Notes: generated by a model from the sequence alone, not told the origin. A DNA stretch of 64,000 nucleotides from an uncultured Candidatus Peribacteria bacterium (GCA_964491515.1 CAZBGQ010000002.1:14329-78328); one strand, 5' to 3'; counted from the stretch's first letter, positions 18,846-27,385 are shown. Made by a program: numbers and translations.

Positions 18846-21224
18846 TTGAAAAATAAACTAAGAATAGCTCTAATCTGTGGTGGACCTTCTCTCGAGAGAG
18901 GCATTTCACTCAATTCCGCACGTTCTGTTATGGACCACCTCCAAAGCCCAACCATTGAAATTGTGCCTATTTATTTTGATCAGAAAAAAAGCCCTTACCA
19001 CATCTCAACCGCCCAGCTCTACTCCAACACCCCTTCTGATTTCGATTTCAAACTACAACAAACCGCAAAAAAACTCAGTCCAACCGCACTTAAGACACTT
19101 CTTAAATCAACCGACCTTGCCTTCCCGGTCATGCACGGACAATTCGGAGAAGACGGAGGCATCCAACGACTATTAAAACGGCACAAGATTCCTACCATTG
19201 GCTCAGACGTAGACGCCTGCAAACGTTGCTTCGATAAATATGACGCCAATGAATTCATCAAATCTAAAGGATTCAATACTCTCCCTTCTGCTGTTCTTAA
19301 AATCTATCACAACGATCACAAACAAATCATTGAACAATTCTTCCGTGACCACAAAATCAAACGTGCAGCAATCAAACCTGCTACTGGAGGCTCCTCCATT
19401 GGTGTTTTCTCTGTTGGAACTCCCAAAGAAGCCCTCGAGAAAACCCAACTACTTTTTTCCAAACGAATGGATACGCGAGTTGTCATCGAACCTTTCTGTG
19501 AAGGCATCGAATTCACCGTCATCATTCTCCAAAACCGATTTGGGATGCCGGTTGCCATCCTTCCAACTGAAATTGAAACAGACTACCAAGATCATCAAAT
19601 TTTCGACTACCGAAAAAAATATCTTCCTACTCGCCAAGTAGCCTACCACTGTCCCCCTCGCTTCGACAATCCCACCATTGAACGAATCCAAGTTCAAGCC
19701 GAACAACTATTCACAACATTAGGTATGCGCGACTTTGCTCGTTTCGACGGATGGCTGCTGCCAGATGGAAACTTGTGGTTTTCAGATTTCAATCCGATCA
19801 GCGGAATGGAACAAAATAGCTTCCTATTTCAACAAGCTGCCCGCATCGGGATGAGTCACCGAAACCTCCTCCAACACATCGTCAGAAACGCCTGCGCACG
19901 TCACAATATAAAATTCCCCCTAAAAACTAAAAACTTAAAACTAAAAACTAAAAAAGTCCACGTCTTATTTGGAGGCAACACATCAGAACGCCAAGTATCT
20001 CTTATGAGTGGTACTAACGCCTGGCTGAAGCTTCGAGACTCAACCAAATACGAACCTCATCCCTACCTCCTAGATACCGACAAAAATGTCTGGAAAATCC
20101 CCTACGCACTCAACTTAAATCACACCGTCGAAGAAGTAATGGAGAATTGCAAAAACGCTCAACGTGATGATGAACGCTTACATTTCTTAATCGAAAAAGT
20201 TCAACTCAGATTAGCTTTACAACCAGGCGAAGCCAACGAACCATTCTTCCTACCAAAGAAAATGTCACTCGAAAAATTCATCAAAAACTCCCCCTTTGTA
20301 TTCATAGGACTCCACGGCGGCATGGGAGAAGATGGAACCATTCAAGGCATGCTCACAAAAGCCAAAACGCCTTTTAATGGACCATCTCAAGTCTGTTCTC
20401 AAATCTGCATGGACAAACACAAAACCGCTCAAAAACTCCAAGGACTTGAATCCGCAGGTATATTTACAGCCAAACAGGAAACTCACAAAATAAACGAATT
20501 CAGTACATTTACACAAAAAGATTTTGAATTATTCTGGGGCAAACTCACAAAAAATCTCGACTCCAAACATCCCATCGTCAAACCACAAACCGATGGCTGT
20601 TCATCAGGAGTAATACGACTCCACAGCGCACACGACCTTCAACGATACATCGACATTGCTCGCAGTGGTGCACATAGCATTGCGCCACACACCCTCACCG
20701 AACAACCCGGAATCATAGAAATGCCCACCACTCCCATGCAACAACTCCTTTTCGAGAACTTCATTGAAACAGACTACGTGCGTGTCATCGGGAATAAACT
20801 CAAATGGAAACGAAAAAACGGTTGGATCGAAGTAACAACCGGCGTCATCGAACAGAATGGAAAACTTCATGCGCTCAGTCCTAGCCTCACCGTTGCACAA
20901 GGACACGTCCTTAGCGTCGAAGAAAAGTTCCAAGGTGGAACTGGCATCAACATCACCCCTCCCTCCAATTACATCGTAAAACCAGCCGCCCTAAACAAGG
21001 CCAAAAAATCACTAGAGAAAATAGCCACCATCCTCGGCATCACCGGGTATTCACGCATCGACACGTTCTTACACGTAGACACTGGAGACCTCATCGTCAT
21101 AGAAGTAAACACAACACCAGCACTCACCCCTTCCACAGTGCTTTTCCACCAAGGCCTAACTGAACCAACCCCACTCTACCCACGTGAACTCCTAGAAAAA
21201 CTCATCGAAAATAAAGAATACTAA
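18846..21224 (+). CDS. ddl: tandem-fused D-alanine--D-alanine ligase-like protein (two Ddl/ATP-grasp modules, TTG start)
   Basis: Module 1 contains RIALICGGPSLERGISLNSA ... HGQFGEDGGIQ ... ARFDGW ... NPISGM. Module 2 contains VHVLFGGNTSERQVSLMSG ... HGGMGEDGTIQ ... SRIDTF ... VNTTPALT. It is a single uninterrupted 792-codon frame. Confidence 0.8.
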   Translation: MKNKLRIALICGGPSLERGISLNSARSVMDHLQSPTIEIVPIYFDQKKSPYHISTAQLYSNTPSDFDFKLQQTAKKLSPTALKTLLKSTDLAFPVMHGQFGEDGGIQRLLKRHKIPTIGSDVDACKRCFDKYDANEFIKSKGFNTLPSAVLKIYHNDHKQIIEQFFRDHKIKRAAIKPATGGSSIGVFSVGTPKEALEKTQLLFSKRMDTRVVIEPFCEGIEFTVIILQNRFGMPVAILPTEIETDYQDHQIFDYRKKYLPTRQVAYHCPPRFDNPTIERIQVQAEQLFTTLGMRDFARFDGWLLPDGNLWFSDFNPISGMEQNSFLFQQAARIGMSHRNLLQHIVRNACARHNIKFPLKTKNLKLKTKKVHVLFGGNTSERQVSLMSGTNAWLKLRDSTKYEPHPYLLDTDKNVWKIPYALNLNHTVEEVMENCKNAQRDDERLHFLIEKVQLRLALQPGEANEPFFLPKKMSLEKFIKNSPFVFIGLHGGMGEDGTIQGMLTKAKTPFNGPSQVCSQICMDKHKTAQKLQGLESAGIFTAKQETHKINEFSTFTQKDFELFWGKLTKNLDSKHPIVKPQTDGCSSGVIRLHSAHDLQRYIDIARSGAHSIAPHTLTEQPGIIEMPTTPMQQLLFENFIETDYVRVIGNKLKWKRKNGWIEVTTGVIEQNGKLHALSPSLTVAQGHVLSVEEKFQGGTGINITPPSNYIVKPAALNKAKKSLEKIATILGITGYSRIDTFLHVDTGDLIVIEVNTTPALTPSTVLFHQGLTEPTPLYPRELLEKLIENKEY
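19920..19955. repeat. heptamer-periodic TAAAAAC element, copy 2 (encodes the inter-module linker of Ddl-Ddl)
   Basis: C TAAAAAC TAAAAAC TTAAAAC TAAAAAC TAAAAAA, translated as LKTKNLKLKTKK. Confidence 0.7.
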
Positions 21225-21232
21225 AACTAAAC

Positions 21233-21261
21233 TTGACAATACCGGCCACAATGCGTAATAT
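21233..21261 (+). promoter_or_regulatory. near-consensus orphan promoter (TTGACA-17-TAATAT)
   Basis: Perfect -35 at 21233-21238, a 17-nt spacer, then TAATAT at 21256-21261. It lies between the convergent ddl and alr. Confidence 0.55.
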
Positions 21262-21265
21262 ATTG

Positions 21266-21375
21266 ATGGTCGTAGATACAGCGTATGGATATTGCGAGTT
21301 AAGAAAACGCCGTAGACAATATTTCAGCGCTGTACGAACCCATTAAAATCTCTCCTAGGCCCGGAGAGCTTTTTT
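21266..21375 (+). ncRNA. candidate small transcript (structured sRNA, or a leaderless 26-codon sORF at 21266..21346)
   Basis: Bracketed by the promoter above and the terminator below. Nested helices 21269-21272/21335-21339, 21277-21283/21328-21334 and 21289-21294/21317-21322. Confidence 0.35.
21350..21375. terminator. rho-independent terminator, probably bidirectional
   Basis: Stem CTCTCC/GGAGAG with a 7-nt loop, then T6 on the + strand. The T-run overlaps the alr stop codon. Confidence 0.55.
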
Positions 21376-22522
21376 AATTAATCTCACGCCTTACACTCGC
21401 CGCCACCCGTGTCATCATCTCATAAGGAATGAGGTCAGCTGATTTTGCCAATGCCAAAATAGAATTCGACGCCTCCTTATCACTCGAATAAACACACACC
21501 GAATCACCAATCCCCACCTCCGGCACTTCCGACACATCAATCATCGTATAATTCATGCACATCCTCCCAACCATCGGACATAATACCCCCTTCACCTCCA
21601 TAAAACCTTTCCCGGACAATACTCGTGGCAATGCCTCATAATAGCCAACTGGGACCATCGCAATCGTCATTAACCGATCGGTTTCGAAAATACCATTATA
21701 ACTCACTCGATCTCCCGGCTTAAGGTGTTTCACACCCACCACAGTTGAATATAACTCCATTACTGGTCTCAAATTTCTCACCATTTCAATAGATGAATCC
21801 GATTCCTCCAATGGAGCCACCCCATACAAAGCCAAGCCCAAACGAACCATATTTCCAGCTTCCTTAGACTTAAGAGCTCCAGCCGATTGACCAGGATGAA
21901 TCCACTGAGGATCAAACCCCACTTCCTTCACCATTCGAACCGCTTCTTCAAAAAGCTCAAGCTGCATCGTAGTGTAAGAATCATCGCTCGGATTGTCTGG
22001 ATCCGCCAAATGGGTCAAAACTCCCTCTACCTTCAAATTCATTTCTTTCAATTCAGGCAAAACATCCCGCAAATTCTCCACATCAAACCCCATTCGATTC
22101 ATACCCGTATCCACTTTAAGATGAACCTTCGCGCCTTGCTTAGCCAACACCTTCGCAGACTCAAAATCCGACACCGCAAAATGAAATGGTAAACGTTTAC
22201 GCGTCAAATTCCCCGGGAACGTATATCCCAAAACAAGGATATCAGACTTAATCCCCGCCTTCTCTAATTCATATGCCTCGTACAACGAATCCACAATCAT
22301 GAACGTCGGTTTCTCCTTGTCCAACACCTTCGCGACCTCAAGCAAACCATGTCCATACGCATTCGACTTAAGCACCGGACAAATCGCCTTCCCAGGAAAC
22401 AAATCTCGGTACAAACTCAAATTATGTCGCAAAGCCTCCTCGGAAATCCGGACCGTATTAAGGGTTCGATAGGTACCTTTAGGGAAAAATTTCATAGGCA
22501 AATTGTAGCATATCTTATCCAA
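21374..22522 (-). CDS. alr: alanine racemase
   Basis: PLP-lysine motif VLKSNAYGHG, plus the VDTGMNRMG and C-terminal YE motifs. The start may instead be the internal Met at 22495. Confidence 0.9.
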   Translation of the reverse strand: MDKICYNLPMKFFPKGTYRTLNTVRISEEALRHNLSLYRDLFPGKAICPVLKSNAYGHGLLEVAKVLDKEKPTFMIVDSLYEAYELEKAGIKSDILVLGYTFPGNLTRKRLPFHFAVSDFESAKVLAKQGAKVHLKVDTGMNRMGFDVENLRDVLPELKEMNLKVEGVLTHLADPDNPSDDSYTTMQLELFEEAVRMVKEVGFDPQWIHPGQSAGALKSKEAGNMVRLGLALYGVAPLEESDSSIEMVRNLRPVMELYSTVVGVKHLKPGDRVSYNGIFETDRLMTIAMVPVGYYEALPRVLSGKGFMEVKGVLCPMVGRMCMNYTMIDVSEVPEVGIGDSVCVYSSDKEASNSILALAKSADLIPYEMMTRVAASVRREIN

Positions 22523-23201
22523 GATGCTCAGACCCCCATTGACTAATCCGACTCATATCAAATCGGCTATTCTCACTCAGATACGCATTCATTTGCTTCA
22601 AGAAATAATTAAAAGACACATAATTCACTCTCGCTTCACCCACAAAAGAATACTTTCTTACCCGTTCTAAATCTCCAACAATAACACGACCTCGACGAGT
22701 TTCTTTATTAACTAACAAAAAGTAAATATCAACAGATGAAAGTATGATCCCATTTTCAATAGACCTCTCCAAAATCAATAAAACCTGATCAATAATTTCA
22801 TCTGGATTAACCAACTCAATAAGTGGCAATTGTGGACGAGGAGAACGTCTCCCCTCAGAAATAAAATCGACAATACTAATACAATCCACCTTTCCTCCTT
22901 CGGTTAAATCCGTTAAATAAAGACGCCTACCATCTTTTGGATCAATCATTAAAGTAGGAATTGTGGGAATCTTGGCCTCCTGTAACAATGCATGAATAGC
23001 TCTCTCTCTTTTTACCTCCTCTAGATCCTCAACAGGAAAAACCTTCTCAGCCATCCTTCGCTTAAATTTTCCTGACTGAACATCAACGGTCGTCACCCGC
23101 CCTCCACAAACACCCTCCCCTAAAAACTGCTGATCGGACCGATCAATTTCAAACTCCTCACCACGACGGGGACCGAGCGCCTCTAAATAAACCATCCACA
23201 A
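22515..23201 (-). CDS. hypothetical protein with protein-kinase-like layout (atypical)
   Basis: Gly-rich loop GEGVCGG, AEK lysine, ER..HALLQEA helix, hinge-like LYLTDLTEGG and GDL in place of DFG. No HxD or Asn catalytic loop is evident. Confidence 0.5.
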   Translation of the reverse strand: MWMVYLEALGPRRGEEFEIDRSDQQFLGEGVCGGRVTTVDVQSGKFKRRMAEKVFPVEDLEEVKRERAIHALLQEAKIPTIPTLMIDPKDGRRLYLTDLTEGGKVDCISIVDFISEGRRSPRPQLPLIELVNPDEIIDQVLLILERSIENGIILSSVDIYFLLVNKETRRGRVIVGDLERVRKYSFVGEARVNYVSFNYFLKQMNAYLSENSRFDMSRISQWGSEHLG

Positions 23202-23258
23202 CCATTAAATTTAAGGCGCAAAAATACCACTTAGCTTGTAATTTATCAAGACCGACAC

Positions 23259-24917
23259 CTAATACACTTCCTTCAAATAACAAGACTCACAATAAATCGG
23301 CTCTGGACGATCCGGCGCATAAGAGGTTTTAAGCCCCACGCCACATTTGCCACACTCACGATCATACAATGTACGAGAATTCCGAAGCCCCATGCGTGCC
23401 TCATGTCGTGCCATAGGAGACAATCGAGGCAAAGCAATCCCAAATTTCTTATATAGTACAAATTCTTGAGGAATGATTTTATATAACTTCTCAAATTTAG
23501 TACAACGCAAAATCGCAGAACACACTTCCTCCTGATTTGCCTCGTTAATTGATTCAGGCAACACAATTTCAGGACCCTGATAAGCGGCACTCTCATCTTC
23601 ATCATGCCATTTATATCCAAGCGTTAACGCCTCCTCCTTTGTGAGTGGAAAATATTCAAACGCAACACTCTCATTATATCCAAATGTTGAAATCCCAATG
23701 GGAAAAAACTCCCCCCATTCACCAGTCTCTTTCATATGTTCAATAATCTTTTGCACTAACGTTTCGTATTCCTCTTTAGAGTACTGCTTATTCAAAATAC
23801 AATACTGTCCTTTTCGAAGGCCAACACATCCAAATAAATCCTTCGACCCAAACGTTAACTCACAATACGTTAAGTTAGTATTACCCTCCCAACAATGCAT
23901 AGAAAATCGACAATTAATCAATTGATACGCTGAACTCGCAATCTCATAACAGAGCTCACTTTTATATCCTACAAAATCCCAATCATAACAATCGTTCGCC
24001 TCATATAAATGCGTGGCAAATTTTACATCCCGACAGCGGAAACAATCATAGGATTCTTCCACATCCTTACAATCCACTAAGTAATCTCCTACTGAATCTT
24101 CACAATTCTTATTCTCTAAATGCTTACGAGGAGTCTTTCCCATTATATCTTTAAAATACGCCATGGCCTTGCCAAAACCCTCCGCGGTATCCAACCCCAA
24201 ATTCTCCTTACGCTCAGCGTATTCTTCCTTAGTAAGCTGTTTATTAAACATCATGTACTGCTTATTTTGAGCATTGGTCGTGAACATACAGTCATGACAA
24301 TTCTGAAGGTTATAGCAAAAATAAAGGCCACTGGAATTTTTAATTTTTTGTGAATAAAAACATGTCTCCACATTTTCAGCATGAAGCAGTCCAATACAAA
24401 ATCGTGAATCATACGTAAAGTCTGAATCCATGCATTGATAGTTACGATCCGCAAACCGCAAATAATAACACTTTTCATTAAAGTCCGCAGTATAAATCAA
24501 ATATGAATCCTTATTCCGAAGCGCATAATTTGTGTAGCTGGCATTTTCATTCCCAATACAATTAAGAGCCAATCGTGGAACTACTTTTTGCAACTCAGCA
24601 AATTGCTCAAAAAATGGACGACTAAAATCAAAATCACGCCCATGTTCCATAGGATCCCAATCATCTTTATGCCATTCTTCAACATCATAGATCACATACG
24701 GACTATTTGGCGCATACATTGAAATAATTGATCGCCCAGTTTTATCACATTTCCGATTATAAAGATGAATTTCATTCCGAATCGCCAAACGTCGACGACG
24801 GCGCTCTTCTGGACAGAGAGTAGGTTCTGACACACCCATCTTTTTATAAAAATCACGATCTTTATCTGTAATGGGGAAGCTTTGGCCTGAGGCTTGGCAG
24901 GTGTGAGAAGAATTCAT
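23259..24917 (-). CDS. cysteine-rich protein with internal duplication, function unknown
   Basis: 552 aa. Cys-rich segments lie at both ends (CQASGQSF..CPEERRRRRLAIRNE.., CGKCG....YCESCY). Two Cys/Tyr-rich repeat modules each end in NKQ(L/Y)(T/S)KEEY. Confidence 0.6.
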   Translation of the reverse strand: MNSSHTCQASGQSFPITDKDRDFYKKMGVSEPTLCPEERRRRRLAIRNEIHLYNRKCDKTGRSIISMYAPNSPYVIYDVEEWHKDDWDPMEHGRDFDFSRPFFEQFAELQKVVPRLALNCIGNENASYTNYALRNKDSYLIYTADFNEKCYYLRFADRNYQCMDSDFTYDSRFCIGLLHAENVETCFYSQKIKNSSGLYFCYNLQNCHDCMFTTNAQNKQYMMFNKQLTKEEYAERKENLGLDTAEGFGKAMAYFKDIMGKTPRKHLENKNCEDSVGDYLVDCKDVEESYDCFRCRDVKFATHLYEANDCYDWDFVGYKSELCYEIASSAYQLINCRFSMHCWEGNTNLTYCELTFGSKDLFGCVGLRKGQYCILNKQYSKEEYETLVQKIIEHMKETGEWGEFFPIGISTFGYNESVAFEYFPLTKEEALTLGYKWHDEDESAAYQGPEIVLPESINEANQEEVCSAILRCTKFEKLYKIIPQEFVLYKKFGIALPRLSPMARHEARMGLRNSRTLYDRECGKCGVGLKTSYAPDRPEPIYCESCYLKEVY

Positions 24918-24934
24918 AGTTAGAATAAATTAAT

Positions 24935-25711
24935 TTATATATTAGAGTCTTCTTTCATAAAATGATCATACAGTTCTGGGAAATGTTCTTCAAATAATTC
25001 TCCAAGAGTAACTATCCCCCTAAGAGAGTCATCCCTCTCATGCCGCGTCCCGTCTAGTTTAAAAAGCCCATCTGTCCTCCCTGGATTCTCAAAAAACCGC
25101 TTCACGCGACAATCAGCCAAACGATCTCCCCTCTTTCCCTTCTGATCATAGTGATCCAAACGGTAGATTTTCCCACTTTTTTCCGAAACAGCATCCTCCA
25201 AAACCCTTCTTGCAACTTCTCTAAACTTAGGCTTAAGATCATGCAGATTATTCACCTCAACATAGAATGGCTCACCTAGACCACACTTTCCACCTAAACA
25301 CTGAGCACCCTGCCAGAACTCCTGAACTGTTCGTACTCTCCCCCCAACCTGAGCGAATCTCGAAAAGATATTGATTTTCCTACAAAAGAAATCAGAGAAA
25401 GCATCCATCTCCTGCTCCAATTCCAATATTTCTTCAACACTAAATAATGTAGGATCCCCTATAGCTGCTATAGCACGTTGAGTTACTCCTTGTAGCGTAT
25501 CTACAATTCCTTCAACTTGATCATTAAGACTTTGAATATGAGCTATAGGATCAATTACTTCCATAGCCTCAGCCCCATGAGCTTGAGCAACTGCCTCAAC
25601 AGCACCCCCACCATCAGCAACATCAGCTTGAGAAGGCATTGGAGGTTCTAAAATTGCATCTTTAAAATCTACTGGGTCTACTAGATTTATTGGATCTACT
25701 GAATCATTCAT
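24935..25711 (-). CDS. hypothetical protein, paralog A
   Basis: 258 aa with an acidic N-terminus. It shares blocks with the next gene (DP..S..(E/D)IL.LE.E, LG(E/D)L...(H/A)FPEL). Confidence 0.5.
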   Translation of the reverse strand: MNDSVDPINLVDPVDFKDAILEPPMPSQADVADGGGAVEAVAQAHGAEAMEVIDPIAHIQSLNDQVEGIVDTLQGVTQRAIAAIGDPTLFSVEEILELEQEMDAFSDFFCRKINIFSRFAQVGGRVRTVQEFWQGAQCLGGKCGLGEPFYVEVNNLHDLKPKFREVARRVLEDAVSEKSGKIYRLDHYDQKGKRGDRLADCRVKRFFENPGRTDGLFKLDGTRHERDDSLRGIVTLGELFEEHFPELYDHFMKEDSNI

Positions 25712-25739
25712 GATGAAAGGGGGTAAATATTATAAAATA

Positions 25740-26477
25740 CTAACTCCATTCTGAGTCATCCCATTCTGGGTTCTTCCACGCTGGAACATCCAATTCCGGG
25801 AAAGCATCTTTAAGCAAATCACCCAAATAAACACCCTTATTAGGGCCAAAATCGCTCGAACCATATGATTTATGGCGCTGGTAACGAAACAACTTACAGC
25901 CACCCAACCTACCACCACTCATTCGGCCGTCAACGAATCCGGTCTCAACACCAGGATAATAAGATTCTCCTGTCCTTCTATGAATAGCCGAAGCAAAACG
26001 CTCGATAACAGCCCTATTAAAAAAACCCTTAAAATCTCTAAACTTATCTAGAAATTCACCTTCAATCTTAAAACGTAATACCCTCGTTTTCCAGTGCAAA
26101 TAGTCCTGATACTTCATGAACTCAGTAGCATACATAGTATGAGAACTTTTGCGTGTATAAAGTAGATCAATAAGATCACCAAACATATAAATTTCCTTCT
26201 CCAAGGCCAATATATCCTTAAGAGAATGCTTATAAGGATCCTTAGCAACCTCCAAAGCACGATCAAGAATTTTATTAAATGGCTTTACCTCAGCCCAAAG
26301 CCGATCATTAAGATCCTTAAGATACTCACCCCTATCAAGTGACTCATCAATCGCTTCCTTAGTATCCACAGAGACTGCCTCCAGCTCCTCAGAAGATTCC
26401 GCCACCTCAACAGGTAAATCAGAAACCTCAGGTCCCACCTCCATAGTGCCGTCTGTAGTATCTACTGTATTATTCAT
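25740..26477 (-). CDS. hypothetical protein, paralog B
   Basis: 245 aa with the same block structure as 24935..25711. Confidence 0.5.
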   Translation of the reverse strand: MNNTVDTTDGTMEVGPEVSDLPVEVAESSEELEAVSVDTKEAIDESLDRGEYLKDLNDRLWAEVKPFNKILDRALEVAKDPYKHSLKDILALEKEIYMFGDLIDLLYTRKSSHTMYATEFMKYQDYLHWKTRVLRFKIEGEFLDKFRDFKGFFNRAVIERFASAIHRRTGESYYPGVETGFVDGRMSGGRLGGCKLFRYQRHKSYGSSDFGPNKGVYLGDLLKDAFPELDVPAWKNPEWDDSEWS

Positions 26478-26610
26478 AATGAAATGATTAATGCTAAGAC
26501 TAAATAATAAAACATTTTGTAAGATCTATCAACCATATGGCAGTGGCCTAATTTGATTAAACCTGTTAACTATGCTAAAATTATTGTAGAGATTTTTTTA
26601 CAATACACAG

Positions 26611-27363
26611 ATGATTACAGCCTCAGACCTAGAAACACTCGGACTCACCCAAGACGAAGCCACTATTTTTCTCTCTACCCTGGAACTCGGGGGCGGTTAT
26701 GCCAGTACCATTGCTCAAAAATCTAAAATCCCACGTGTTAACACCTACCACGTACTGGAAAAACTCATCAAAAAAGAACTCATTACTCCTATTAAACGAG
26801 GAAAAGTAAAATTCTTTATGCCCGAACCACCCCAAGTACTCATCAATCAACAAGAAGAAAAATTCAGACATGCAAAGCAACTCCTCCCAGAACTCCTCTC
26901 CATCACCAATACTCACCCCTTCAAACCTAAAATTCAAGCTTTTGAAGGTATTAATGATATCAAACAGATGCTCACACACATTTACGAAACCCAAGGAGAA
27001 GTCGTGGGTTATACCAACATGGAAGCGCTCGGGGAACTCATCAAAAATCATATGCCAGCCCATATCAAAAAAAGCCTGAAATCCGAAATTAAACGCCGCA
27101 TGCTCTCCCCTAAAAGCCAGACTGGCATGGAATTCACCAAAAACTATTACCCCCCAGATTTAACGGAAATTCTCTTCATTAATCCAGAAGCTTACCCATT
27201 TGAAAATGACATCTCCATTTATGGCAATTTTGTATCTATCATTTCTCTAAATCCACAAGAACCCATTGGCGTACTCATCGAAAGCGAAGCCCATGCACAC
27301 ACCCAGCGGTCCATCTTTAACCTGGCATGGCTTGGAGCAACAAGTTTCGTGGCACAAAACTAA
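26611..27363 (+). CDS. TrmB-family transcriptional regulator
   Basis: N-terminal wHTH LETLGLTQDEATIFLSTLELGGGYASTIAQKSKIPRVNTYHVLEKLIKKELI. Confidence 0.7.
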   Translation: MITASDLETLGLTQDEATIFLSTLELGGGYASTIAQKSKIPRVNTYHVLEKLIKKELITPIKRGKVKFFMPEPPQVLINQQEEKFRHAKQLLPELLSITNTHPFKPKIQAFEGINDIKQMLTHIYETQGEVVGYTNMEALGELIKNHMPAHIKKSLKSEIKRRMLSPKSQTGMEFTKNYYPPDLTEILFINPEAYPFENDISIYGNFVSIISLNPQEPIGVLIESEAHAHTQRSIFNLAWLGATSFVAQN

Positions 27364-27385
27364 ACTCTACCCACAATCACAAAGC

